Of a stretch of 64,000 nt of DNA, positions 1-12,694 are shown piece by piece. Position numbers and translations under genes: made by a program. How positions within the stretch are numbered: the first letter of the stretch is position 1; each line of letters starts with the position of its first letter. The notes beneath the pieces were generated by a model that made no database searches, had not been told where the DNA came from, and saw only the letters and a list, made by a program, of their open reading frames with translations. The DNA comes from Balanoglossus misakiensis (Eukaryota > Animalia > Hemichordata), in assembly GCA_040954595.2 (NCBI GenBank), contig CM082580.2, positions 11,236,909-11,300,908 of the forward strand, written 5' to 3'.

Positions 1-1481
1 TGAGAAAGACGGTGAATATTTTTATCGTCGCAGTCTCCACACTATGCTTCTTTTCAAACTACCACTCTGACAGTTTTTCATAGTACACAAACTTTGATAC
101 TTCCGCTCACATGTCACCTCACCAAGGACGATGCGAAATCTTAGAAGCTTGTTTGATTTGCACTTTTTTCGGTAGTTAAATTGAACAGATGGAAAACTGC
201 CAAGAAGACTTGCCACGGCTAGACGGCGATACAGTTACGTTTGGTTTTCGGTCACTTCGAGAACTTATAGCGCAATCTTACATACATTATGACAGATCTG
301 AAGTTGTAAACTTGACCACTACCGAACCATGAAAACGCCGAATGCTGGGTCCAACTTAACTATCCACGTTAATAACATAGAATATATGTGTATTGCAATG
401 TCTTGCATGTTTACGTTTGTACATCTCTTTCTACCAAGCATACAGTAGTAAAGGGGGTCTACAGCAAACGTGGTCTGTGCCACGATCATGAAATATACAC
501 CGAGTAAACAGAAGGTATTGATAACATCCAGGCACATTTTCCCATCAGCATGACGTCACTTAGTGACCTGAAAAGGTCCTGAAAAACTCGTGAAAAATTC
601 GAGTCACGAGAACTTTAGAAAAGTTATTTTCAAGTAAAGTCGAAGCACGACAATTTTGTGATATTTAACGACGTAAATAATCGGCCGGCGTACTTACGAC
701 TGTGTGAAATAAACACACTTTATGCAACAAACATGTCACTAACCCGAGTGTTTAAAAAATGGCATATTTTAACTCGTGTTTGAAAGTGCACTGCCCTTAA
801 ATCTGTCAAATGTCAGGGTGATTTACCTTGACGTTTATGCTTGCATAGATCCATTACGGTCAAGTGACGATCAGTTGCAACATATACTTCCCACCAGAGA
901 GAAATAAATAAATAAACTAAAATAGGAAGCGGTTGAAGAGACGGAAAATAAGAGTTTCATAGTACATAGTTCAGAGTACCTATCGTAGTAAATTTAGGTA
1001 CACAATCGTCGGAGTAACTGATAAATAAATGCTAAATTACGACAAATGTTGACAGTTTGTCGTAGAAACCAAGTACATGTATACATATACACAGTTACTT
1101 GCAAATTATCGCCTGTGTCTGTCCTTATATTCAGATAACTGATGAAATTCGAGGAGAATAAACACACAAATTTCGACCTGCGTAGGCAGATTGAACCGGT
1201 ATGGAATTGACATAAACCACGATCTTGTGCATGTTGACCCGCTTGTGTTTATACCAAGAGTGGGCGGACTGAGACGATAGCTATTAGCTGAATTAAGCCA
1301 ATCCACCACAAACAGTTTGGTCGAATACTAAACACATGTCGACTGCATGCATGTAAATCAGGTCAAGTTTATTCCGGTCATCAGGGGTCAGACCACTCGT
1401 CAGTCGGAATTCAGGACAATAACTGTTGATATTGGTTCGGTCAAAGCTTGAAGTCTGTGACCACTGTGCTTTTCAATTCAA

Positions 1482-3780
1482 ATGAACTTGGCCAATATTG
1501 GCAGCGACGTGGTCGATCGTATTGGTCATTATTGGGTGTGCAAACCACTCAGCACATACACTAGAACCCACGGGAACATGTGGTAGTTTTCTGATAACTA
1601 GAAAGTTCACCAAGCTGTGTTCCATTATCACTGCCTCGAAAAGTGACACATTCTCTGTATCCCTTCGCATCCCTTCTATGTGTGGGTTCTTTCTTAGTCA
1701 CTGATTACAGAAATGATACCTGAATCACACCAACCCGCCTGGGGGAAAGCAACGACCGCATAAGTGCTTCCATCAATTTCCTTAAAACGAAAAAGGGTAT
1801 AAAGGTTAAACTGTTTGTTGATAAAAACGTGATCTTGGAAGAATTGGCCCTCTTGTCTACTGGTCTGACAACCCGATACTGGTTCGAACGATGATGCATA
1901 CAAAGAGCAGATTTACTGTGAAATGACCAAAATTTACTGTAACTGTCCTTTAGTATGTATTTCATGCATTCAAACCACAAGGAGAGTAAAGTTCGACAAT
2001 GGCGATTACAGTTCTAGCATTTTCCTCCTTTTAGGTACTTTGTACGATATCGGGACGGGCCCATTCTGCAACGCCGGACCCGAGGACTGCACCGACAGGG
2101 GTGACACGTTCGTAGCCTACTTCCAGGACAGCTGCTGGACGGGGAACAAAGTCTGGTGCCAGAGGAGGGACACCGTGGAGGGCCAGCAGTGGGTGGGTGC
2201 GTCGCCGTTCTGCGAGACGACGCCAAGCGACTGCGCCACCCGGTTCATGAAGCACGTGGCGTCGGCGAGATGCGGCGACGGGTCGTGCTGCGTCACGGGC
2301 ACCAAGCAACTGTGTGTGCCGGACACCAACGCGAACCCCGTCGCCGTGAGAAACGGCAGGGTCATGCAGGGGGCCCTCAATCTCCAGTTTGATGGGACAG
2401 CTCCTGCCGGCCAAAAGCCAAAACTCAAAGTCTGGCTGGGTAAGTCTCTATCATGTACTATGCACTTTTGATTTCGGGTCGTGGTTTTATGCAAATGTTC
2501 AATCTTTCATATGATGATTCTTGCACATTTTGTGGCGTATCTGTCGAGAGGATATTGCTGAATTGATGGATGGATGGATTGGTGGGTTAGTTGGTAGGTG
2601 GGTTGTTGAGTGGTTGGTTGGTTGGCTTTGGTTGGATGGGCGGATGGATGGTCCCCGGCATAGTCTTCTAAATCCCTGACACCATTCGTTCTCTATTTCA
2701 GGATCGTCGCCTTTCTGCAATGGCAAGCGCAAAGACTGCGCCTTGTTCGGCATGGAATACGGTGGACGGGACAAGTCTGGCGATGGCGGCACCTGCCTGA
2801 CGGGGAAAAAGGTCATGTGCGTCGTTCCCGAGGCTCCCCCTCTCTGGGCTCCGTCACCTTCGAATATCCTCAAAGTACTGTCGTATAACGTCCGCGAATT
2901 GGGTTTCATGTACGCACACGACGGACAGAGGGAGCGGACTTGCCAGATCCCGCGTCGGATAGTGCAGGAGTTCGGAGACGTTGATGTCATTGTACTGCAA
3001 GAGGTCTTCATGGGTGGCTGTTTTCCCGACTCGGTATCCCTCGCCGATCTCTTGCGTTACCATGGTTTCCCGTTCATGACCAAGACGGTGGGCACCCAGG
3101 AGTCCGGCGTGGTTGAACACGGCGGAGTCTACATCGCATCTCGCTGGTGGATTCTGGAGCAACACGAAATGATCTTCGAGGCCACGCATTACGGAGAGGC
3201 GGACGCCTTCGCCGCGAAAGGCGCGATCTACGCCAAAGTGCTGAAGACAGTTAACGGCGAAGACGCGGCCTATCACATCATCGGCACGCACATGCAGGCG
3301 CAGATCGGCGAAGAACACGACAGAGTGAGGGAGTCGCAGGCCGAAGAAATGAGAAGATTCATGCAAGAACAGAACATCCCGCACGACGAACCGGTCATCT
3401 ACGCCGGCGACTTCAACTGCGATATCATCGCGAATCCCACCCACGTGAAGACCGTCTTGGACAACATGGGCGCGGGGATCCCGCAGCGAATCGGCGGCGT
3501 CAAGTCCACGTTCGACCCGAGATCAAACGACATGTTCCAGGATAAGTCTCAGGCGGCAGAGTGGCTGGACTATGTCGTCTACAGCAAGGACAACCAAGCG
3601 CCGTACGCTGCCACACTGGAAGCCATCAAGCTAACATCTGAGAAACGTTTCTACGTCTGCAAAAGTGGCCCCTTCAAACCTGGGTACATCTTCCCGAATT
3701 CTCCAGTGTGCACGAAGAAACGCAAGGTTCGGCATTTGTCCGATCACTACCCAGTATTGGGCGTGTTCGTTTTCCCGTGA
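1482..3780 (+). CDS. Secreted sphingomyelinase C-like phosphodiesterase (EEP/DNase I-like fold) with three N-terminal Cys-rich repeats; about 527 aa; start codon anomalous
   Basis: Exons ~1482/1486-1582, 2035-2439, 2702-3780; both junctions phase 1 (donors GTAGTT, GTAAGT; acceptors TTTTAG, TTTCAG). Exon 1 reads as a hydrophobic signal peptide (TWPILAATWSIVLVIIGCA). Exon 3 has all EEP/SMase motifs in order: LKVLSYNV, DVIVLQEVF, GGVYIASRW, KGAIYAKV, HIIGTHMQA, VIYAGDFN, WLDYVVY, LSDHYPV, closely resembling Bacillus/Staphylococcus-type SMase C motifs. AATAAA at 3835-3840. Confidence 0.85.
2565..2650. repeat. Degenerate (GGAT)n/(GGTT)n tetranucleotide microsatellite in intron 2 of the SMase gene
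   Basis: gatggatggatggattggtgggttagttggtagg...ggttggttggttgg...gatggatgg read directly. Confidence 0.8.
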
Positions 3781-5093
3781 AGGATAGGAATAGAAGAAGC
3801 CTGTATTTATATATTTAAGGGTTACCAACCGAAAAATAAAATCTTCCCGAAAAGTTATGTGACATCGATGACAAAAACGTGCCCGAAAGTGTACAAACCC
3901 ACGCATGGTGTGGGAAGCACGATTACGTGCGCCCCCATAAGGCCATGGATAACATACTGTTGTTTTTTTCTTCTACCTGTCATTTCGCGAAACTTGCAAA
4001 ATGCAAGCATTCACAGAAAACCATTGATAAGAAGGAAGAGACTGTGGACAAACATTAAAAGACATGCATAGGGATGGCATTTCATACCAACATAATGCAA
4101 GCATAAACAAGTGAAAAAATGTGGTGTATGAGACACTCCAGCCAAGATGATGATATTGAATAGGTATTGAACTGTAAAAGTGTGCATATATAGTATACAG
4201 AGGGAAGATTCATGTATGTTTTGAAAACAAACATTGAATGGCAATGGAATTCTTTTCTCAAAATGATTGACGCTACAGGTCTTTTCCTGAAATATACATG
4301 TATTATTGAATCATTACAATAGAAATCAGTAGCAAGAAATAAAATTAAATATTTACAATCATTCACTATATTACAAATGAAAAATAAATACAGGGTGACG
4401 ATGCAAGGAAAAGAAAATTCACACCAAATCGACCTACTTTGGTAATCTTCTAAATGTCTGAAACGTGTAGTGTATGACAGTTTAACGTGTAGAGATAGCA
4501 GTATTTTACTGCTGGGAATGTCACTGATTACATGGCGTAGTCGGTACATACACCCACATAAGGAAATTGTTGTCAGGGGCACATATGGAATTAGATGGGT
4601 GAAGAGTACAGTCAGTGTTCACTGTACAGATCAGCAGAGAAATATCTAAGCATGTGTCAACGCTGACCTACAACATGTAATGGTACCATGACCTGGGTAT
4701 AACTCACTCCCTTTAATTCGTTCGCTGAAGAAGCTGAATTGTTTTCAGATGTGCTCCTGCCCATAACCATACATGGTTGTTTGATCTTCAGTACTTGAAA
4801 AACAGGGTAATTTGGACGGCATATGAAATAACAGTTCTCTCTGTACACGTGATGAAAGAACTGATTTTCAAACGTTTAAAACACGTTTTACAGGAACACG
4901 CATTCAATATTCCCATTATTTAAATTCTTTTTTGACACTTGATAAATATAGAGCTAGCAGAAAAAGATATGTGCATCAGTAGGACTGTCAGCAAAGAAGC
5001 GCCCTCTCTGGTAAAGACAGCAGCTTACTCTGCACTCGTTTGCCATCACTTCCAACCAAAGGGAACATCGCCCTCTCTTCTTTTGTCATCAGA

Positions 5094-8000
5094 TTACTTC
5101 ATACCTGTTTGCCACATTGGTTCAAGGGGTTCCCCAAAGTACCTGGCTGCAAGATCTCTCTTTGGCAGATCAGGATTTGTCATGAACAGCTGATCACCTT
5201 TTCCCTGTTTGATCAGCATCCTTTCCCGCTTGGCTTTGTTCAGTTCCAGACGTGTTGGCTCTTTCCTGCAGGGAAAGTGGGAAAAGTTAAAATATGTATC
5301 TTCTTCTACCTCGAATTGGGAGACAATAAACTGTGAAAATGGAAGGGCAGGAGCCTTCCAGTACATTACACCCTTTTGTGTCAAATTTTGACACATTACA
5401 CCTTTTGGCCCCTCCCTCCAAATTTCCAGCTGCAAGAATAGTACCATTTCTCAACTGATGCTGCTACTTAGTCATTTTAGTGAATAAGAGAAAAAGATGG
5501 AATTTATGGTCCAGGTAAATCATGCAATGCAAACAAGTAACCAACTTACTCATCCTGAAATGTCATGCTGCATGCAAAAGAGGGAATGTGATGTGAATGA
5601 ATTCAACATGCAAGTATCATGAGATATATGGTCTATATGTATTGGTGGGTAGAGGTTGTTGTCTAGCTGTTTATTTTTTTATCATCTGTCATCAGAAAAT
5701 GCAGAGGCATTGTAGGCTAGAATCCCCCCCCCCAAAAAAAAATGCAAACATTAACAAACTTACTCATCAAGGAATGACATGCTGCATGCAAATACAGAAA
5801 AGTGATGGAAGGTGATGAAAAATTGGTAAATGTCATGGAAAATTCAGAAACCTAAATGAAATCTATGCTAAAGGATGTATACACACAATCGTCAATCTTG
5901 CATTTTTGAATGATCACGTCTACTCTACTCATGTAAGTTTCCAAGAAATTGAACAAAGCATGCGAAAAATAACATTGTAAAGGGGAATCCTGAAATCTGA
6001 GTTCCCCATGAATATAAGAAAACTTTCCACCAACTTACTCATCAATGGGAGGCATACTGCATGCAGTGTGAGGGAGAAAGGGAGAGCAATAAGAAATGTG
6101 GTGTCAGAATCGATGTGAGGTGAACAATTGAACAATGCCATAAGGAGTGACATGCATGAAACGTAACATCAGCCAACACAGCTAAACCATGTACCAAGCT
6201 TGTCCTGTGAACATCTTTGATCCTTGCACTGACCCTGCACGACACACCCACCACTACTATTTACACGAGATCCACAACAGGCATCATGTGATCTTGTTAT
6301 TGCGAAAACATCACGGACAACAACACATGACAAGAACAACACAAGAATAACACAGACTGCAGAAAGATATGCTCTAACTGTGCTATCTGCTGTGTTATCA
6401 GATCAGATTGTATTTTGAGAGCAATACTCTGAACCTTACACCCAGATATCTGTTTCTCCCAGTCCAAAGATACTGTGTCAAAGTTTTAGTATCAAAACCT
6501 CTCAATAATTATTGACAAAATCTGAATATCTGTAAATGTCTGGTTCACTGTGACCACAGTAGTTTACAAAACCAATGCTTACTTTGCTGCTGGCACTGGT
6601 GATTTGTATATCACTTGTTTTCTAGTCTTCATACTTTTCTGTACTGTGGTCGGCTGATGCTTCTTCTCCCACTGCAAGACATCAAACTTGTCCACGCAAT
6701 GAAGGCACTGGATTTCATTCTTAACTACAGAATTAACAAGAAAAAAAATGTGTTTGAAATAATGGTGTCATTTCGCTGGCATAGCTGCAGGACTCCAAAT
6801 TCTAAAAAAAAAATTAAGAAGCGCCCTCACACATTGATTCAACACTGCTTCTGTTTTGCATGTTCGTTTTCCCACAGCGGGCCAAATGAACATCCAATTC
6901 TGTAATGTTTATTGTCACATCTCATAATTCATCATTTTTCTATCATGCCATACTCTGCAATGGTATGTGAATAGTATGTACACTGTGATTCATCAAAAGC
7001 CTCAACCACAAACCTGCTTTGTCGATGACCACAGGATGGCCAAATCTCCTGGCTGTCTCCAATGCTGTTTCGTTTCTATTGTTGAGGATTTCCATACAAG
7101 CATTGTGCTGCAGACAGCAATTGTAGCATTTACCATAGCCCCCAACGGCTGCCATGTGGAGCGGCGTATTTCCTTGGTCTAAAAAGATAGGGAAAAAATC
7201 TTACAAAATTTGCCAATGAAAGGGAGATATCGCAGTCTTATCTTACAAGGACAGGGTTGGTTGGGGGAGGAGAGAAATTCATGAACAAATGATGAAAATA
7301 ATAATGGGGAGTCTTAATAAATACTTACAATCTTGAAGACGTGCATCAGCTCCTTTCTCAAACAGCCAATGTAGACAAGTCATTGCGCCATGGTGAGCCG
7401 CCTAGGAGATTAACAAATTCACAGTTCATATGCATGCGATGTAAATCTTTGAATCCCAGCACTTATGAACGAGGCATTTTCCAAGATTCTTAAAAGCAAT
7501 TTCTTAAGAGAATTTTAAATCAGAAAACATCAAAGAGTGCTTTCAAACATGATATGCAATCATACTCTACTCACAGAATGTGCCAGTGTCTTCCCATTTT
7601 TGTCTTTGACGTCCAGCGGAGTACCAGTTTTTATAAGATACCGCAGACATTCAATATGGTCACTGGCAGCAGCGCAGTGAGCAGGGACCTGGCCAGCGTT
7701 ATCTGTCTTAGTCATGTCGCAGTCTATCTGAACCAGAAATATTAAACATTCCAGTCCTGCACAGAGAATGAAACAAATGACCATTAAATGGGGTGATGTG
7801 GTGTGTATTTGACAATATTTTTCTTCTCAATCTCAGCAACAGTTTCCCTACCTCCATGTGTGGCTGCATAGTGGGCTGGTTTTTTGCCAACATCATCGCC
7901 AAGCTCAGTATCAACCCCTCTTTCCGTCAGATGTTCCAGCACCTTGGGATGGTTCCGTTCAGCTGCAAGATGTGCTGGTGTTTTCCCTGCATTCTCTTCC

Positions 8001-10308
8001 AAATTTAAGTCGGCACCTGCAAGTGATTTTTGTACATATTAGAGTTGGTTGGAAGGAGTGGAGAGGGGTCAAGAATCGACATGAAGATGCTAAAAACATC
8101 ACCCTGTTCGTAATTAAATGACCAATCACAAATTCACTGATACTTGTAACATACTTGTAACTAGTACATGTATTCTCATTATTTACCACCAACAAGAACA
8201 CAGAACATGTTTAGCAGAACTACTGAAAGGTGATATCATGATACAAGTCCCCAAAGTCAGCTTGCAGTGTTTCAAATTCACAGTACACTAATACCTTTAT
8301 CTGCAAGGACAGAGAGACATTCAGCTTCTCCGTGGAATGCTGCCAAGTGAGCGGCGCTTCTGCCGGCTCTGTCGACGGAGTCTATATCCCGAGTGTAGTC
8401 CACCAAGAGCTGAACGATGTCTACGTGGCCACCTGTGCACGCTTGGTGGAGAAGTGTTCTACCGGCAGCGTTGGTCTGTTCCGGGTCTGCACCAGACTGA
8501 AAAATTCAAATGTGCAGAGATTATGCAAACTTTTGGATTTTCTAACAATAAAAATACATACAAAATACGTAAGGCATCCAACACCATTTACCTCAATGAG
8601 TTCTTTGACTACATCCACTTGTCCATACCCACATGCCCTCTCCAATGCGGTCCGGAATGTGGCGTTCCGTTTGAAGTCCGGATCAACACTTCCTTGTCTC
8701 AGAACTTTCTTGACTTTGTCGGGGTCACCCTTCTCTGCTGCTTCGAGAAGAATTTTTGTGTCATCTGGAAAAAAAATGAGAAGAGAATAAAATTTGAATG
8801 TTTTTATTCGAGCGATTGAAAATGTATAATTTATGATAATATGACAAGGAGATATTAATTACTATATATCAACAATGCACCCTTTGTCAGTGACTGTGTG
8901 TGACTGCAAGTACATGTTGAATGCCTAGAATTTAGAAATCCTTCCAGTTCAAGTTGAACAAAAGCCAAAACACTTAAATTATGCAAAGTCCTGCGAGCAA
9001 GAGCTTTGCATGGAAGATGAAAGGAAAGTGAGTGGACTAGTAATTGAGCAGTTAGGTAAGAAGGTTACAGCAAGAGGAAAACTGAATGGGGATTGTGATC
9101 TCATCATGTTGTGACATGTTTTTTGGTCTGATTACAAGATTTGGGACTATCAAGGGATGGGGTTTAAGAAACAAAGTGGTTCTGTTGAGAGGGCTACACT
9201 TATTGTGAGGAGTGTGTGTTTTAACTTTTATGTAAAGGCATCCTCTGCTGATGTGTTCTTACTACGTGTACTAGTAGTTGCAATTGCCTCTTGCTTGAAC
9301 CCAGCTCACCCACAGTTGCACGTGAAAGCTGGCGGAATTCATACATGACCACCAGCTATATTTAGCCGAAGGGACAATCCGTTATACCAGTGCACTGTAC
9401 AGGGATGTCACGTACAGGATACCAAATAAGACATGCTGCAAAGTCTGGCATCCACAACTGATACTTGAATTTTGTATGACATACAATCCTTGTGCAATCA
9501 GCACTGTTTTCAAGGCAGAACATGGACAACAAACCACATCCAACAATAGCCCTCTTACAACTGACCTCCTCCAAGCACCTGTTCACATTCCTGTACATAC
9601 ACAAACTCCAGAGAGAATGGCTCCATGAAAAAAATCTCAGTGTAGCGAACAGTACTTCCATGTACCATTATTACAGTACTTGTGTACATCACAATTGTAC
9701 ACATTTGTACTCAACATTTACCTAACTAAAATATCTGGCTGCATCCATTTACCTACCATCCAATGAAGGATGAGTAGAACTTTGCATCACGCCAACAACA
9801 AACCCAGATCAAATATTCCATTACTTATTTTTCATTATCTGTTTATCATTGAAATCCAACTTGATAATATATCGAATTGCCTCAATCACTGACCTGTAAC
9901 CGATACATTCATTTGCAAACTATAATTTCCAAAAGCACTGTGCATTGTTGTTTGTGAGTCCGTCAGTAGCTGTGCAGAGCTGGGGTAAGACGTGTCTCCA
10001 ACGTCACGGAGGTCTTTCGTCTGCGGTGACCATGTTATCGTCTTGCTTGGCTTTACTGGGGAGATCAGTCCGATGCTTGACCCTGGAGAGAGGTTATCCC
10101 CGAGTCGCATCTTCTCGCTGAGGGTCATGGATTTCTCTTTCAGCACGGCCGGATTCGTGGACAGCAGGGAACATTTCGTGTCTTCCCGCTCGGAGACTTC
10201 GATGGCCCGCCACTGCGAGATCATGTCCTGGTCGGCAAAATTTTCTCCAGCCGGTGCACTGACGTGCTGCCTTGGTGGTGGTGCTAGTCTCTGGGTTGTT
10301 CGTGGCAT
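5094..10308 (-). CDS. Ankyrin repeat protein (about 10 repeats; 562 aa, 591 aa with microexons) with a low-complexity N-terminus
   Basis: Core exons (minus): 10308-9894, 8764-8592, 8496-8295, 8016-7852, 7756-7575, 7401-7329, 7178-7014, 6724-6583, 5265-5094; all GT-AG, phases compatible, total 1689 nt. Repeats such as GRTLLHQACTGGHVDIVQLLV, GRSAAHLAAFHGEAECL, GKTPAHLAAERNH, GNTPLHMAAVGG. In-frame TGA upstream of ATG 10308 supports that start; acceptor at 10375 implies upstream leader exons. Confidence 0.88.
5550..6472 (-). CDS. Four candidate phase-2 symmetric microexons of the ankyrin gene: 6472-6440 (33 nt), 6056-6039, 5781-5764, 5567-5550 (18 nt each)
   Basis: Each 18-mer is bracketed by tgcatgCAG and GTAAGTT; the 33-mer by gacaCAG and GTAAGG. 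All are open in the phase-2 frame left by exon 6724-6583 and required by exon 5265: N-IFGLGETDIWV-MPPIDD-MSFLDD-MTFQDE-KEPT. Confidence 0.75.
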
Positions 10309-12694
10309 GCTGGCCGTTGTTGATAACCAGTTTGAACTTCACAGGCTGAATGTTCCCTTGCACCGAAATCCGGTCTAAATTCCAAAGCAAAAAATCTGTA
10401 GCTATGGTATGATCAACAGAAAAATGACACCGAGCAAATAAAGAAAAAGGTTCTCTCAAAAGCTCAAAATACCACAGCGAGTAGCAATTATTTGTTTTGG
10501 GACCAGTTTCATGAGAATTTTATCCCACCGGTGGAAGTACAATTGCATATCCTACAGTTTCAATCAGTTCAATGGTTTCTTGTTCATACAAAAGCTGTCA
10601 TGACATTCAGATCTGTTTGGGTGTACTGCACAATACTGGAAAAATCAATACTTTGCAGATGAGGTCAAGAAGGTCGCTGAGCTGACAGTAAATGCCCCAT
10701 GGGATATACAGTAGTGCGTGTCAATTTAAAGGTGTGTAACACAGCATATTGTCCGTGGTCATTGGTGGTGGGTTAAACAGGTGCTTTTATCCAAAAAACA
10801 GATCCCAGATTCACTGTGGTTGAATTCTCTGTATCGGCGTTGTGAGCAACTGGTAATTTCTCAGTCGAAGTGTAAATCTTGATGGTAGAGTTGATGAAAC
10901 TTCTAGTGTAAAAAGGGGAATTCAAAACTGCCACAGCAAATGTACCTGTATGTCCATTCAGTGTTTGGCAACACTAAAAGCCTGGATAAAAAGCTTCCAG
11001 TCTCTCTTTGGTTTCCCAGCCACAACTATTTCAAGCTCTTGATTAGCCATTCAAAGTTTTTCCAAGTGTAAGTCGACCGATCGACCCAGAGTGATGGTGT
11101 TTACCTCCACATTCAGTGCTCAAGTTCAGCAGCTCTGGCCAACAACAGATATCAAATACTGCCGTCTTGAAATCCACACCTCGGCCGATGTTTGTGCCTT
11201 GAGGTACAACCATGACCCGAGGCGGCAAATAGGATTGCTTTTGGGGGGGCTTCAAAAAGACTTCATATACATGTCAATAAAATAGCAATGAGCCAACACT
11301 TCCATTCAGGTTCTGCGCTCAATTGTTGCTCCCTGTCTAAAAGACAATGAAGCTTTACGCCAGAGTGAGCTAGAAATCCCTGCTTTTGTCCCCCGTAACA
11401 AAATTTGAAGATAGTGTTTCACGTCATCCTCCTTGCCAACACAACATCCAAACACACCACTTCAAATTGAAACACAACTTGAAGGGAAAAAGATCCCAAT
11501 GCATTCTGATACAAAACAGGGGCAATGTGGAGGTTTATTGATTGCAAAATGCCGACGGTATAAACCAATAAATTAAATGGGTTTCGATTACGGGTCTGCA
11601 AAGGTAGGGAACAAGACAGGTAATGTCATTTAAATGACCCGGTCTGTGTGTTCATTCTCGTGTTTCTAGGCAATGCAAGCTTGCAGCAAATACTGGCTTG
11701 GTCCATTAATGGATGAGACCATTATTCCAACCGGGGGGATTGAGGCATCTGTTGCAATCTCAGATTTATACTTCAAGTGGATGATGTTGAGTATGATTTT
11801 ACTTCGAACACAGAAAGCCCCAAGATTTCACCAAATCAACTGGTGAATTCAAATTTTCTCTCTTCTGGAAGTTTTAACAACCACATCCTAAATGATCTTG
11901 GCTTGAGTTGCTGAACTGCCACAAATATTGTCATGGTGACGAGAAAATGAGGTGGACCTCAAGAACTGCAGCGAACAAGGTAGTACCTGTTAGTGAGTGA
12001 GGCAAACCAGGAATTGAGTTGTTGCGACTCACAGAGAGGTCCCACTTCACACGACTGGAATTTACTGATGGTATATTGCACCCAATTCAGTGATGCATAA
12101 CACCCAGTATTTTCTCTAAGTGTCAACGGCACATGTATTTGCCAATCTCAAGAGTGGATTAACCTTTCTGACACGACCAGTTCAGATCTTGGTCAATTCC
12201 AAACTTCGGATGAGATCAGCAAACAGCCCTTCAATCATATCGAGTATGAATGGTACCGGTACATCACCCCATCACCATTGGATTCAATCAAAAAGAGCAC
12301 CTGACTCGCAACATGCAATATCCACTGGATATAGGAAAAGATGGACGGTTCAATCCTGGCCGTTATTTGACAAGGTCTGGAAGAAGAGAATCTGCAGCAC
12401 AGGAATAAATGATGTTATTGGTAGGCAACAGATATTTGAAGACAATCCTTTATTCTTCAACTTGTTACATTTCTGTGTAATACAAAACCAGTAAGTCACA
12501 TGAAAGTATTTGCTTTTACTGCACCTCCCATTAGCAAACCATGCCCGTCGAAAATTACTCGTCTAAAATTCTGAAACTTGCCAACAAAGCATTCAAGGTT
12601 CAATGGTAGTAGAATGTTACTCAATGCTGCTATAGGGTAGACTCTCACAATACTAAAAGTCTTTAAAACAACATGGTTGTGCACTGTGCGTATA

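Noticed and set aside
540-800. Possible TTAA-flanked DNA-transposon end (GTGCACTGCCCTTAA at 786-800); similar lone ends near 26746, 51948 and 54726
   Set aside because: No matching opposite terminus found in the window
2854-3444. Long antisense ORFs over SMase, COG8 (21273-21857), SPRY (23035-23601), MLLT10 (29554-30255) and SKIDA1 exons
   Set aside because: Shadows of GC3-rich coding strands; no motifs or splice support
5310-5330. Fifth microexon candidate (21 nt, phase 2-2) in the ankyrin gene
   Set aside because: Weak donor GTAGAA and only a 44-nt downstream intron
10550-12470. Selenoprotein/readthrough or LINE remnant explanation for the exon-like closed region
   Set aside because: Frames examined contain mixed TAA/TAG/TGA stops and no RT or endonuclease motifs
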